From: Myxococcota bacterium
GTDB taxonomy: Bacteria; Myxococcota; XYA12-FULL-58-9; JALHOP01
Reading direction: 5' to 3'
NCBI GenBank assembly: GCA_041288095.1
Contig: JBGGMJ010000022.1
Location: 21,754-85,753, forward strand
DNA length: 64,000 nt
Position numbers and translations under genes: made by a program. Below are positions 1 to 8,857 of the stretch, one piece after another. Numbering within the stretch: position 1 is the first letter of the stretch; every line of letters begins with the position of its first letter. The notes beneath the pieces were generated by a model. It made no database searches, was not told where the DNA came from, and saw only the letters and a program-made list of their open reading frames with translations.

Positions 1-977
1 CGACCGCGGGCGAGATGTCGGGCATCCTGCGGCGCCCGTCGCAGAAGGTCGAAAAGCTCGACAAGGTCGAAGTCGAGGTAGAGGAGGAGGAAGAGATCCC
101 CGGCCGCGACTGGAGCATCGTCACCGCCGATCCAGCGAAGGCCGCCGAAGAAGTCGAGCAGGAGATCCAGCGCGACCGCGATAGCCGCAGCACGCGGGGG
201 CGCGGCCGCGACGAGAGCAACACCTCGACCGACCACATCCACAACACCTCGACGCGCCCAGAGCCCGAACGCCGGCCGAGCGGTCGCCACCGCGATGTTT
301 CCGAAGACGACGCGACGCGAGTCACGGGCGTCGAGCCGATGCCGATGGAGAAGGTGAAGAGCTCGACGCGCGGACGCTCGCCATCGCAGACCATCGTGCC
401 GGTGACCGAAACGCGCGGCATCCCGTTGGTCGGCGCGGTCCTCGGCGGTAGCCCGGAGGAGCAGCGTCGCCGCTTGTTGTGGACGCTCACCGCCGCTATC
501 GGGGTGGTGTTGGTGCTGCTCGTCATCGTGCTCGTCAAGCGCGCGACGCCGACGTCGACCGAGGTGCTCCCCGACGAAGACGCGCTCGCCGACATCGCCG
601 AGCGCCCCCGCATCCCACGCGTCACCACGACGCCGCTCGATCAGCCGCAGCAGGCGCCGCAGCCGAGCGCGCCCGATCCGGTCGAGCGCAAGCCGGAAAA
701 GACCGAGGCCGTGGCCTCGCCAGCCAGCCCGTCGCCCGCGTCGGAAGCGGCCGAGCCGCAATACGGTTACTTGAGCGTACGCACGAGCGATGGGCGGCCG
801 GCGACGGTGTTCATCGACAAGAAAGAAGTCGGCCCCGCGCCGATCGTCAAACGCAAGATGCCCTACGGCGAGCACATCGTCCGGGTCGTCGACAAAGCCA
901 ATCGCGCGAAGGTCCTGCAGGTCATCTTGACCTCGAAGCATCGCAAGACGCCGGTCGAGCTCGAAGTCTCGCCGTAA
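1..977 (+). CDS. C-terminal part of a membrane-anchored protein with a PEGA domain (probably a myxobacterial-type Ser/Thr kinase); 5' end outside the window
   Basis: Frame is open to the window edge. Low-complexity linker, single TM helix (LLWTLTAAIGVVLVLLVIVLV), Pro-rich linker and PEGA-like C-terminus (GYLSVRT...ATVFID...GPAP...GEHIVRV). Kinase domain not visible. Confidence 0.65.
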   Translation, partial: TAGEMSGILRRPSQKVEKLDKVEVEVEEEEEIPGRDWSIVTADPAKAAEEVEQEIQRDRDSRSTRGRGRDESNTSTDHIHNTSTRPEPERRPSGRHRDVSEDDATRVTGVEPMPMEKVKSSTRGRSPSQTIVPVTETRGIPLVGAVLGGSPEEQRRRLLWTLTAAIGVVLVLLVIVLVKRATPTSTEVLPDEDALADIAERPRIPRVTTTPLDQPQQAPQPSAPDPVERKPEKTEAVASPASPSPASEAAEPQYGYLSVRTSDGRPATVFIDKKEVGPAPIVKRKMPYGEHIVRVVDKANRAKVLQVILTSKHRKTPVELEVSP

Positions 978-1149
978 CTCCAGTCGCGGCTCATCGGCGG
1001 CCAGTACGCGTGTCCGCTGGTCCGGACAGTTGACCGGTAACAGCGGACGGCTTCAGGCCGCGTAACGCCCTGAAAACAGGGCCTCAACGCGCGGCACAGC
1101 GGATGCATTCAGTAGCCTCGAAGACGTCCAGCGGACACGAGGCAACATC

Positions 1150-1341
1150 ATGCGTCACTTCAAGCTTCCCACTTTGTTCCTCGCTGTGACGCTGGTCGCA
1201 ACGGGCTGTGCAACCACCACGCGGGAGACACCGCGTGGCGCCAAGCTCAAGCAGTACGAACAAACGAGCGCCGCGGTAGAGCGCGCGCATCGCGTACGTG
1301 CCTGGCGCAGCGCCGATGCCTTCGCTCTCGGTGGTGACTGA
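1150..1341 (+). CDS. small lipoprotein (63 aa), hypothetical
   Basis: GAGG RBS upstream; signal peptide ending in lipobox-like VATG-C. Confidence 0.6.
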   Translation: MRHFKLPTLFLAVTLVATGCATTTRETPRGAKLKQYEQTSAAVERAHRVRAWRSADAFALGGD

Positions 1342-1430
1342 GCGCGACTGATCGCGCTCGGCGATGACCCACACAAGCGGTTTCCCCCCGCGCGTCGTCG
1401 CCGAGCAACCCAACCGCCATCCCCATCCCC

Positions 1431-1479
1431 CAAAAACAACAACGCCGGTGGAGACTCTCGCGAGCTCCACCGGCGTTGT
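1431..1479 (-). terminator. probable intrinsic terminator downstream of hup
   Basis: Perfect 15-bp inverted repeat ACAACGCCGGTGGAG (1439-1453) / CTCCACCGGCGTTGT (1465-1479), followed on the minus strand by a T-rich tract. Confidence 0.65.
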
Positions 1480-1545
1480 GTCGATTGGAACTGGGGACAC
1501 ACACCATTTTCCGATGCGGAAAATGGAGTATGTCCCTAGACAATC

Positions 1546-1821
1546 TTAAAGCTTGTCCTTGAAGGCCTTCGCGGCGCGGAAGCCGACGGTCTTCGAGGCC
1601 TTGATCTTGATGGCCTCGCCGGTCTGCGGGTTACGGCCCGGGCGAGCCTTGCGGGTGCGCACGACGAACGTGCCGAAGCCGGGGTACGAGAAGCGCTTGT
1701 CCTTGCGGATGGCGCCAGCGAGGTTCTCGAACACGGTCTCGACCATTTCGGCCGCGAGCTTCTTGGTGACTTCGCCGTTGTGCTTCTCGTACATCTTCTC
1801 GATGAGCTCAGCCTTCGTCAT
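1546..1821 (-). CDS. hup: HU family DNA-binding protein
   Basis: MTKAELI start, GFGTF...RKARPGRNPQTGEAIKIKA...F motif, 91 aa. Confidence 0.95.
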   Translation of the reverse strand: MTKAELIEKMYEKHNGEVTKKLAAEMVETVFENLAGAIRKDKRFSYPGFGTFVVRTRKARPGRNPQTGEAIKIKASKTVGFRAAKAFKDKL

Positions 1822-1993
1822 TGTCTTTTCCTTGGTGTTGCTCGTCTGCTCCGGACTTGAATTTACAGCCTCGGGAGCATGCTACGAGCGAATCTGCCCA
1901 GTGAATTAGCGGGCGGCCCGATCGGGGTCAAGCGAAACCCGCATCCATTCAGGTCGATTTCGCGATCGCGCGAGCGGAGAAATGTGGGTGCGG

Positions 1994-3211
1994 CTACACG
2001 GTCCGCAATAGCAGGCATGACACCTGGTCATGCGCGGCGGCCGGTGTCGAGCCCGGCTCGATCAACGCGAGGCCGTCGACCTCGGCGAGACTCGTCAGAT
2101 CCGCCGACCCCTGGCGCGCGCTCGGCGTTGCCAGGAGCTTGTCGCTATCGCGGACGATTCTCACGCGGACGTAGTTGCGGCGGTCGGTGGCACGGGGCGC
2201 CTTGGCGGTGAGCGTAGCGGTGAGCTTCACCCGCTCGATGTCACGCGCGCCCTGCATGGCGCGCAGGGCGGGGCGCACGAAGAGCTCGAAGGATACGAAC
2301 GACGACACGGGATTTCCGGGGAGCCCGAAAAACGGCGTCGCGCCGATCGAGCCCACGGCGAGCGGCTTGCCCGGCCGCATGGCCACCTTGTGGAAGGTGA
2401 CCTTGCCGCGCTCGGCGAGGACACTCTTTACGTAGTCGTGCTCGCCCACCGAGACACCGCCGCTGGTGAGCACGAGGTCGGCCACCGCCGCCGCTTCCTC
2501 GAGCGCTTTGCCGATGGCTTCCGGCGAATCGCCGACGATGGGCAGCCGCAGGGGCACGCCGCCGGCTTCGCGCACCTGCGCGGCGAGCATCAAGGCGTTG
2601 CCGTTACCCACTTTGGTCGCGGGGCTCGTGAGCAGGGTATCGATTTCGACGAGCTCGTTGCCGGTGGGCAGGATGGCGACGCGTGGCCGGCGCGTGACCG
2701 ACAAGGAAACGCGGCCTTGCGTCGCCGCGACCGCGATGTCGCCGGCGCCGATGATCGTCCCGCGTCGCAACAGCGTCGTGCCCTCGGCGACGTCTTCGCC
2801 GGTATGGCGGACGTTCGCGCCGGTGCCGACCGGCTCGCTGATCAACACGTAGTGCCCGTCTCGCGTCACGTTTTCTTGCATGACGACGGCGTCACAGCCC
2901 TTGGGCAGCGGCGCGCCCGTGAAGATGCGCGCGGCTTCCTTGCGCGTCACCACCATCTCGCCGTCGTCGCCCGCGGCCGACTCGCCGATGACGTCGAGGC
3001 GGACCGGCTCGGCAGCGCTCGCTTGGGCGGTGGAGCGCGAGTGCAGCGCATAGCCGTCCATCGCCGAGTTGGTGAAGCGCGGCACGGGCACGGTGGCGAT
3101 CAGATCCTCGGCCAGCACGCGGCCCAACGCTTCGTCGACGGAGACGAGCTCGGCGCCGAGCGTGCTGATGCCGAGGAGCGCCTTCTTTTGCGCGTCCTCG
3201 ACCGAGATCAT
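1994..3211 (-). CDS. moeA: molybdopterin molybdotransferase MoeA
   Basis: PRFTNSAMDGYA, RIFTGAPLP, TGNEL, SGGVSVG, RPGKP and GLPGNP motifs. Confidence 0.95.
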   Translation of the reverse strand: MISVEDAQKKALLGISTLGAELVSVDEALGRVLAEDLIATVPVPRFTNSAMDGYALHSRSTAQASAAEPVRLDVIGESAAGDDGEMVVTRKEAARIFTGAPLPKGCDAVVMQENVTRDGHYVLISEPVGTGANVRHTGEDVAEGTTLLRRGTIIGAGDIAVAATQGRVSLSVTRRPRVAILPTGNELVEIDTLLTSPATKVGNGNALMLAAQVREAGGVPLRLPIVGDSPEAIGKALEEAAAVADLVLTSGGVSVGEHDYVKSVLAERGKVTFHKVAMRPGKPLAVGSIGATPFFGLPGNPVSSFVSFELFVRPALRAMQGARDIERVKLTATLTAKAPRATDRRNYVRVRIVRDSDKLLATPSARQGSADLTSLAEVDGLALIEPGSTPAAAHDQVSCLLLRTV

Positions 3212-5616
3212 TGAAGCATCGCTTCCGCCACGCGCTGGCCCTGAGCGTTGAAGGCGATACGCTTGTCGTCGGCCTTTTTACCCTTGGCTGCTTTGGCGGT
3301 GTAGATGAAGATCCGGCCGCCGCCCTTGCTCTCGATGCGCGCCGGGATGCCTTCGCGCCGTGCGACGTCCTTCTCGTCGCCCTTGGCCGTGGCGATGAAG
3401 TCTTCGAGCTTCTTGGCGACGATGGCCTCGTCCAGGTCCTTCTGGGCCCGGGTCAACGCGGCAGCGCACTCGCTCTGCAGCTTCTTGCGGTTCACCTGGC
3501 CGAAGGGGCTGCCGATCTCGAGCTTCGGGTCGGCGCCGACGCCACTGGCCAGCGCGTCCGCACGCTCGCCGCACTCCTTCAGACCGCCCATGGCGGTGGA
3601 CAGGAGTTGGACGCGCTGCGCCGCGGTGGGCGCGTTCTTGGCGGCGCTGACGTCCGACTGCGCCTGGGCTGCGCGATCGCGGACCTTCTCGAACTGTGCC
3701 TTCCAGCGCAGCGCGGTGATCGAGGCCTGGAGCTTCTCGCGCTCGGTGGCGCACGCCTTGGTGATTTGGACGGCGTAGAGCTTGCCCAACGGCGTCGTGA
3801 ATTCGGCCTCGGGATCGAAGCCGGGTCGCCGATCGATTTGCGGCAGCGCGCCTTGGCACTGGTTCATGCCGTTGATGGCCGCGTCGGTCGCCGAAAGCTG
3901 GGCCTCGGCGGTGGCGGCGCTGCGCACCGGCGTGATGAAGCGGGCGATGTCCGCGACGACGCTGTCGACCTTCTGCTTCCAGGCGGCGCGGAAGTCGAAG
4001 GTCTTACCCTGCGTGTCGAAGCCGAATTGCGTCTTCTCGTAGATGAAGACACGGCCGCCTTCGACGCTCTCGATGCGTTGCGGGATACCGTTGGCCTTGG
4101 CGACCGCGATCTCGTCGGCCTTGAGGGTGGTCATGAACTGCTCGAGCTCGACGGCGTTGCGGGCCTTCTTGAGCTCATCCTCGGCGGTCTTGGTGTAGTT
4201 GCCGCACTCGTCACGCAGGCGGCCGATCGTCATCGGACCGTCGGCGGTCACGATCGGATACTTCTTGTCTGCTTCCTTCTTGGCGTCGAGCTTGGTCGCT
4301 TGCTCGGCGCAGACGCTGGCGTTGGTCTTGGCCGTCGACCAATGTTCGATCTTCTCCGAGCTCTTCTGCGAGGCCTTGGCCGCGTCGGCGGACTTCTTGG
4401 CGGCGTTGAACGGCTCGCGCAGCGTCTCCGCCGAGCCGCGCCAGATGTACATCGGCCGGTCGCGCGTGAGCTGGTCGCGCTCGCGCGCGCAGCTCTTGGC
4501 GATTTGCGGCGCCGAGACCTGACCGTAAGGCGACTCGAATTGCGCCTTGCCGTCGTAGCCCGGCATCTTGTTGCCGCCCTCGAGCTCGGCGTTGCAAGCA
4601 CCGAGCGCGGTGATCGTCGCGTCCACGGCGGCGGCGACCTCGCCGGCGTTCTTGGCTTGCTGCCGCTTGGCCTCGGCTTGCGCGAGCGAGCCCAGGGCTT
4701 GGGTGATGCGGCCGCGCCAGGCCAGCTTGTCGACCTCGTGCCGGAGGCGCGTGCCGCGCTCGGTGCACTCCTTGCGCGTGTTGGCGACGCTCAAGGTTCC
4801 CAGGGGAGTCGCCACCAGGCGCGGCTCGACGTCTTGATCTTTGCTCTCGAGCGACTGAATCGTCGACAAGCAGGTCGTGAAGGCCTGCGCCGCGGTGCGG
4901 TACAGCGAGGTTTGCTCGTCGGGATTGCCCGTCTTGCCCGCGGCGACGATCGCCTGACGCGCCGATTCGATGCTGGTGCCGAGCGACTGCGACGCGTCGA
5001 TCTGCCATTGGGCGACGCCTTCACGCACCGCGAGCTGGCGCGCCTTCGCGTCGCGGTCGCGGGCGTGCTCGACATAGACCTGGTCGTCGCCGAATTGCTG
5101 TCCGCTAATGCGGACATCGGCGAGCTCCTGCAGCACGGCGCGCATGGCGCCGACATCCTGCACGGTGGGCACGCGGTCGTGGAGCTGCTTCTGCAGGTCG
5201 GTTGCCTTCTGCAGCGCGATGTTGCCGCGCTTGATCAGCTCGTCGATAGCGGCGTTGCGGCGGGCGATGCGATCTTGCTCGACCGCCGTCTCGTAGCGTT
5301 TCTCGCCGGCCACCACGGCCTCGCTGGCGTCCTCGAACTCGGGGTGCGACCGCGTCAGCTCGGTGGCGCGCTGCACCGCGAGCTGGGCCTTGCGCAGGTG
5401 CGATGCCGCTTCGTCGAAGTTTTTCTGAGAGAGCGAGGCGTTGAACTGGCGGAGCTGGCCGTTGATGGCGGCGACGCCCGCGTCTTCGCTCTCTTCGGGC
5501 TCGTCTTTGACGACCTCTTTTTTGGTCTTCGATGGGCCGTGCATGGCGGCGCAGTTGGCTACGGCGACGCTCAAGTGGACGGCAAGCAACGCTTTCAAGA
5601 GTGCTTTCATGGTCAT
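3208..5616 (-). CDS. large hypothetical lipoprotein with five Cys-pair helical repeats
   Basis: Start moved to ATG 5616 (ATGA overlap with def stop; its own stop overlaps the moeA ATG); signal peptide with VAN-C lipobox; internal repeats visible. Confidence 0.8.
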   Translation of the reverse strand: MTMKALLKALLAVHLSVAVANCAAMHGPSKTKKEVVKDEPEESEDAGVAAINGQLRQFNASLSQKNFDEAASHLRKAQLAVQRATELTRSHPEFEDASEAVVAGEKRYETAVEQDRIARRNAAIDELIKRGNIALQKATDLQKQLHDRVPTVQDVGAMRAVLQELADVRISGQQFGDDQVYVEHARDRDAKARQLAVREGVAQWQIDASQSLGTSIESARQAIVAAGKTGNPDEQTSLYRTAAQAFTTCLSTIQSLESKDQDVEPRLVATPLGTLSVANTRKECTERGTRLRHEVDKLAWRGRITQALGSLAQAEAKRQQAKNAGEVAAAVDATITALGACNAELEGGNKMPGYDGKAQFESPYGQVSAPQIAKSCARERDQLTRDRPMYIWRGSAETLREPFNAAKKSADAAKASQKSSEKIEHWSTAKTNASVCAEQATKLDAKKEADKKYPIVTADGPMTIGRLRDECGNYTKTAEDELKKARNAVELEQFMTTLKADEIAVAKANGIPQRIESVEGGRVFIYEKTQFGFDTQGKTFDFRAAWKQKVDSVVADIARFITPVRSAATAEAQLSATDAAINGMNQCQGALPQIDRRPGFDPEAEFTTPLGKLYAVQITKACATEREKLQASITALRWKAQFEKVRDRAAQAQSDVSAAKNAPTAAQRVQLLSTAMGGLKECGERADALASGVGADPKLEIGSPFGQVNRKKLQSECAAALTRAQKDLDEAIVAKKLEDFIATAKGDEKDVARREGIPARIESKGGGRIFIYTAKAAKGKKADDKRIAFNAQGQRVAEAMLQ

Positions 5617-6188
5617 GAACCCCAGCGCGCGACGAGCTCGCGCACCTCGCTGACGAAACGCTCCCTCTCGAAGCGCTCGAAGTGATCCCACGTGCACAGG
5701 CTCTTCGGGTCGACGATACGGTCGACGAACAAGACACCATTCAAATGATCGAGCTCGTGCTGGAAGGTGCCGGCCGAGACGCCGCGTACCTCGAAATCAA
5801 GTTGTCCACCATTGCGGTCAAGGCCGCGGACGCGCACCTCGGCGTGGCGTGGAACGCGGCCGCGCAAATTGGGAATCGAGAGGCACCCTTCGTAGTTCGA
5901 GAAGGTCTCTTGCGAGAGCGGCGTCACCTCGGGGTTCACCACCACCGTGAGCGGATACCGCGGCTTGTAGGGATAGCGCGGGTTGTCGCGCACCTCGACG
6001 GCGAAGACACGGAGCTTCTCGTAGATCTGGGTCGCGGCGATGCCGGCCCCCGACGCGTCACGCATGGTCTCGACGAGATCGTCGATGAAGCCCTGCACCT
6101 CGGGCGAGGCGAGCTCGGACGCGGACAGCGGACGGGCTGTCTCGCGGAGCACCGGGTGTCCGATCTGCGCGATCTTACGTAAGGCCAT
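5613..6188 (-). CDS. def: peptide deformylase
   Basis: GAGIAATQ, EGCLS and QHELDH motifs. Confidence 0.95.
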   Translation of the reverse strand: MALRKIAQIGHPVLRETARPLSASELASPEVQGFIDDLVETMRDASGAGIAATQIYEKLRVFAVEVRDNPRYPYKPRYPLTVVVNPEVTPLSQETFSNYEGCLSIPNLRGRVPRHAEVRVRGLDRNGGQLDFEVRGVSAGTFQHELDHLNGVLFVDRIVDPKSLCTWDHFERFERERFVSEVRELVARWGS

Positions 6189-6207
6189 GTGGTGTTGGAT
6201 GTACCAT

Positions 6208-7278
6208 TCAGCCCATCGTCACACCATGGCCGCGATCGATATGGCCGACATCGAGATCGCCGCCGTTCTGACGGAAGCCGCCCTTGAATGGATGTGATTG
6301 GATGAACATCGGCGTGTCGAGGTCGACGATGTCGATGCCGCCGAAGCCGGCGGCCAAGTGCGCCGAGAAGGTCATGGCGAGGATGCTCTCGACCATGCCG
6401 CCAATCATGAGTGAGAGGCCGTTTTCGCGGGCGGCCTGCATCATGGCCCACGCCTCGGCGATGCCAGACTTCATGGTCTTGATGTTGATGAAGCGCACGC
6501 TGCCTCCGCGTGCCAGCTCGAGCACGTCGGCTGCCCCGCGGGCGGACTCGTCGGCACAGAGCGGAATCGGTGTGAGCCCCGCGAGCTTCTTCCAGTCGTC
6601 GTGAGCCCCGCGGGGCAGAGGCTGCTCGAAGATCTGCAAAGGGATGTGGTGCTTGTCCATGCCGCGGGCGAAGGCTGTGGCTTGTTCGAGGTCGTAGCCG
6701 CTGTTGGCATCGGCGAAGAGCCGGGCGTCGGGGGCGGCTTCGCGGATCGCCAGTATGCGCTTCACGTCTTCTTCAGCGGACACGGCGCCGACCTTCACCT
6801 TGATGGTGGTGATGCCGCGGCCGATGATCGACTTCGCCGAGCGGCGTGCGTGCTCGACGTCACCCGCGGTCACCGTCATGTCGGTGACCAGCTTCGTGCC
6901 GGCGCCGCCAAATTCCTTCCACAGCGGCTTCTTGGCCTTGCGTGCCAGTGCGTCGATGATCGCCATCTCGAGGCCGCAGCGAGCAGCGGGCGCCCCGAGG
7001 TGCTTCTCGCGCAGCATGGTGCCGACGGCGCGCCAATCACCGACCTCGGTGCCGAGGACCAGCGGCTTCATCGCGAGAATGGCGGCGTGGGTCTGCTCTT
7101 GCGTCTCGCCGCTCACCTCGGCGAAGGGCGCCGCCTCACCGAGTCCAACGGTGCCGTCGTCGAGCGTCGCGCGCACCAAGACGTTGCGCGCGACGGTCGG
7201 CGCGCCGGTCGCCACCGCGAACGGTTCGGTCAGCGCCAGGTCCAGGCGCTCGGCGGTCAAGCTCTTGAGGGTGGTCAC
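6208..7278 (-). CDS. dipeptide epimerase (L-Ala-D/L-Glu epimerase family, enolase superfamily)
   Basis: GTG 7278 with GAAGGAG RBS overlapping the amidase stop; GLGEAAP, KVK, DANSG, EQP, DES, INIK and DLD motifs. Confidence 0.9.
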   Translation of the reverse strand: MTTLKSLTAERLDLALTEPFAVATGAPTVARNVLVRATLDDGTVGLGEAAPFAEVSGETQEQTHAAILAMKPLVLGTEVGDWRAVGTMLREKHLGAPAARCGLEMAIIDALARKAKKPLWKEFGGAGTKLVTDMTVTAGDVEHARRSAKSIIGRGITTIKVKVGAVSAEEDVKRILAIREAAPDARLFADANSGYDLEQATAFARGMDKHHIPLQIFEQPLPRGAHDDWKKLAGLTPIPLCADESARGAADVLELARGGSVRFINIKTMKSGIAEAWAMMQAARENGLSLMIGGMVESILAMTFSAHLAAGFGGIDIVDLDTPMFIQSHPFKGGFRQNGGDLDVGHIDRGHGVTMG

Positions 7279-8789
7279 GACTTCTCCTTCGCTCCCGCCC
7301 AGACGCGCGGCAGGGGGCGCTTGCCCGCGGTTGCTCGCTCGGCTTGGCCGGCGAGCGCAAGCAATACTTGCTCGGAGCCGAAGCGGCCCATGATCTGAAC
7401 GCCGATGGGGACCCCCGAGGAGCTCCAGTGCAGTGGCAAGCTCATCGCCGGCAGCCCCGTGGTGTTCCCGATGGGCGTGAAGCCGGCATAGCTCATGAGC
7501 TTTCTGCCGGTCTCGGCGTCGGTTTGACCGAGCGTGAAAGTTCCCGTCCGCCATGGCGGAGAGGAGAGCGTCGGTGTCAAGATGATGTCGTAGCGCTCGA
7601 GTGCCTTGAAGAGGGGTTGCGCAACCTCGTTCAACTTGCTCCACGCCATCCAGTGGTCCGCCGGCGTCAGCTTGGCGTTGATCTTGATGAGCCGGCGAGT
7701 CATGCGCTCGAGTGGCGGCAAGCCTTGGCTTGCGTTGGTCGCCCAGGCGATGGCCGAGAAGACGTTGGGGTCGACCATCACGCGGCGCACCGCGGGCGGC
7801 ACGTTCGACGGAGTCATCGCCTCGAGGGCGGCGCGGATGAAGTAGCCGGTCGCCATCGCCCAGATGGTCGTGAAGTGCGTCGCGAAGGACTCGCCGTCGA
7901 GCTCGTAGCGCGCCTCTTCGACCTCGTGGCCGAGCGCGGAGAAGAGATGCGCGGCGCGATCCACTGCCTCGCAGCACTCGGGATGCGACTCATCGCCGAG
8001 CACGGTGCGGGTTACGAAGCCGATGCGCAGCGGCTTGGGGTCACGGCTCGCGGCGTCGAGGTAAGTGCCGCGTGTCACGGGGGCCTGCCAACGGTCGAAG
8101 GGCCGCGCGCCCGCCAAGATGTCGAGCATGAGTGCGCTATCGCGGACGGTGCGGCTGACCACACCGTGCATGACGAAGCCGTCGGGCGAGTCCCAAGGTT
8201 CTTGAGGCAAGCGGCCCCGTCCTGCCTTCAGGCCCCACAACCCGCACGCCGACGCGGGGATGCGAATCGAGCCGCCGCCGTCCTCGGCATGCGCACATGG
8301 TACGATGCCCGCCGCGACCGCCGCCGCGGATCCACCGCTCGAGCCGCCCGGTGACAACGCGGTGTCCCAAGGATTGTGGGTCGGGCCGTGCAACGCGCCC
8401 TCGGTGCTCGGCAAGAGCCCGAGCTCGCTCATGTTTGTGCGGCCGAGAGTGAGCAGGCCGGCGTCGTCGATGCGGCGCGCGACCTCGTGTGTGCGCTTGG
8501 ACACATTCTCTTTGGCGAGCGTGCAGCCCCAAGATGCACGAAGTCCCGTGCGCTCAAGCGAATCTTTGATTAGAAATGGAGCGCCACGTAGCTTGCCGTC
8601 GGGGAGGGCGTGCAAGAGCAGTTGCCGAGCATGGGTCTCGGTGACCTCTACAACGGCGTTGACGCGCGGGTTTACTTCGTCGATGGCGCGAAACGCCACA
8701 TCGAGGAGGTCCGCGGCGGTCACTTGTCGCTTTTTCAAGAGATCGACAAGTCCGATTGCATCGTGTCGTACGTATTCGTCGAGATTCAC
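7275..8789 (-). CDS. amidase signature family protein
   Basis: IKD, GGSSGGSAAAVAAG and DGGGSIRIPAS motifs; start estimated at GTG 8789. Confidence 0.92.
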   Translation of the reverse strand: MNLDEYVRHDAIGLVDLLKKRQVTAADLLDVAFRAIDEVNPRVNAVVEVTETHARQLLLHALPDGKLRGAPFLIKDSLERTGLRASWGCTLAKENVSKRTHEVARRIDDAGLLTLGRTNMSELGLLPSTEGALHGPTHNPWDTALSPGGSSGGSAAAVAAGIVPCAHAEDGGGSIRIPASACGLWGLKAGRGRLPQEPWDSPDGFVMHGVVSRTVRDSALMLDILAGARPFDRWQAPVTRGTYLDAASRDPKPLRIGFVTRTVLGDESHPECCEAVDRAAHLFSALGHEVEEARYELDGESFATHFTTIWAMATGYFIRAALEAMTPSNVPPAVRRVMVDPNVFSAIAWATNASQGLPPLERMTRRLIKINAKLTPADHWMAWSKLNEVAQPLFKALERYDIILTPTLSSPPWRTGTFTLGQTDAETGRKLMSYAGFTPIGNTTGLPAMSLPLHWSSSGVPIGVQIMGRFGSEQVLLALAGQAERATAGKRPLPRVWAGAKEKS

Positions 8790-8857
8790 TCCGCGGTTCT
8801 TACGACGTCGGTAGCCAAGCTGTACATTGCGAACGCAATCATCATGTGGGGGCATGG

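Noticed and set aside
1084-1112. TCAAC upstream of the small lipoprotein as another copy of the promoter motif
   Set aside because: No CGAT at the required spacing.
3211-5685. 824-aa plus-strand ORF, and similar long antisense ORFs (e.g. 2030-3214, 18345-20357, 47709-49469, 61704-62858)
   Set aside because: Shadow ORFs produced by high GC3 codon bias opposite well-supported genes; no motifs of their own.
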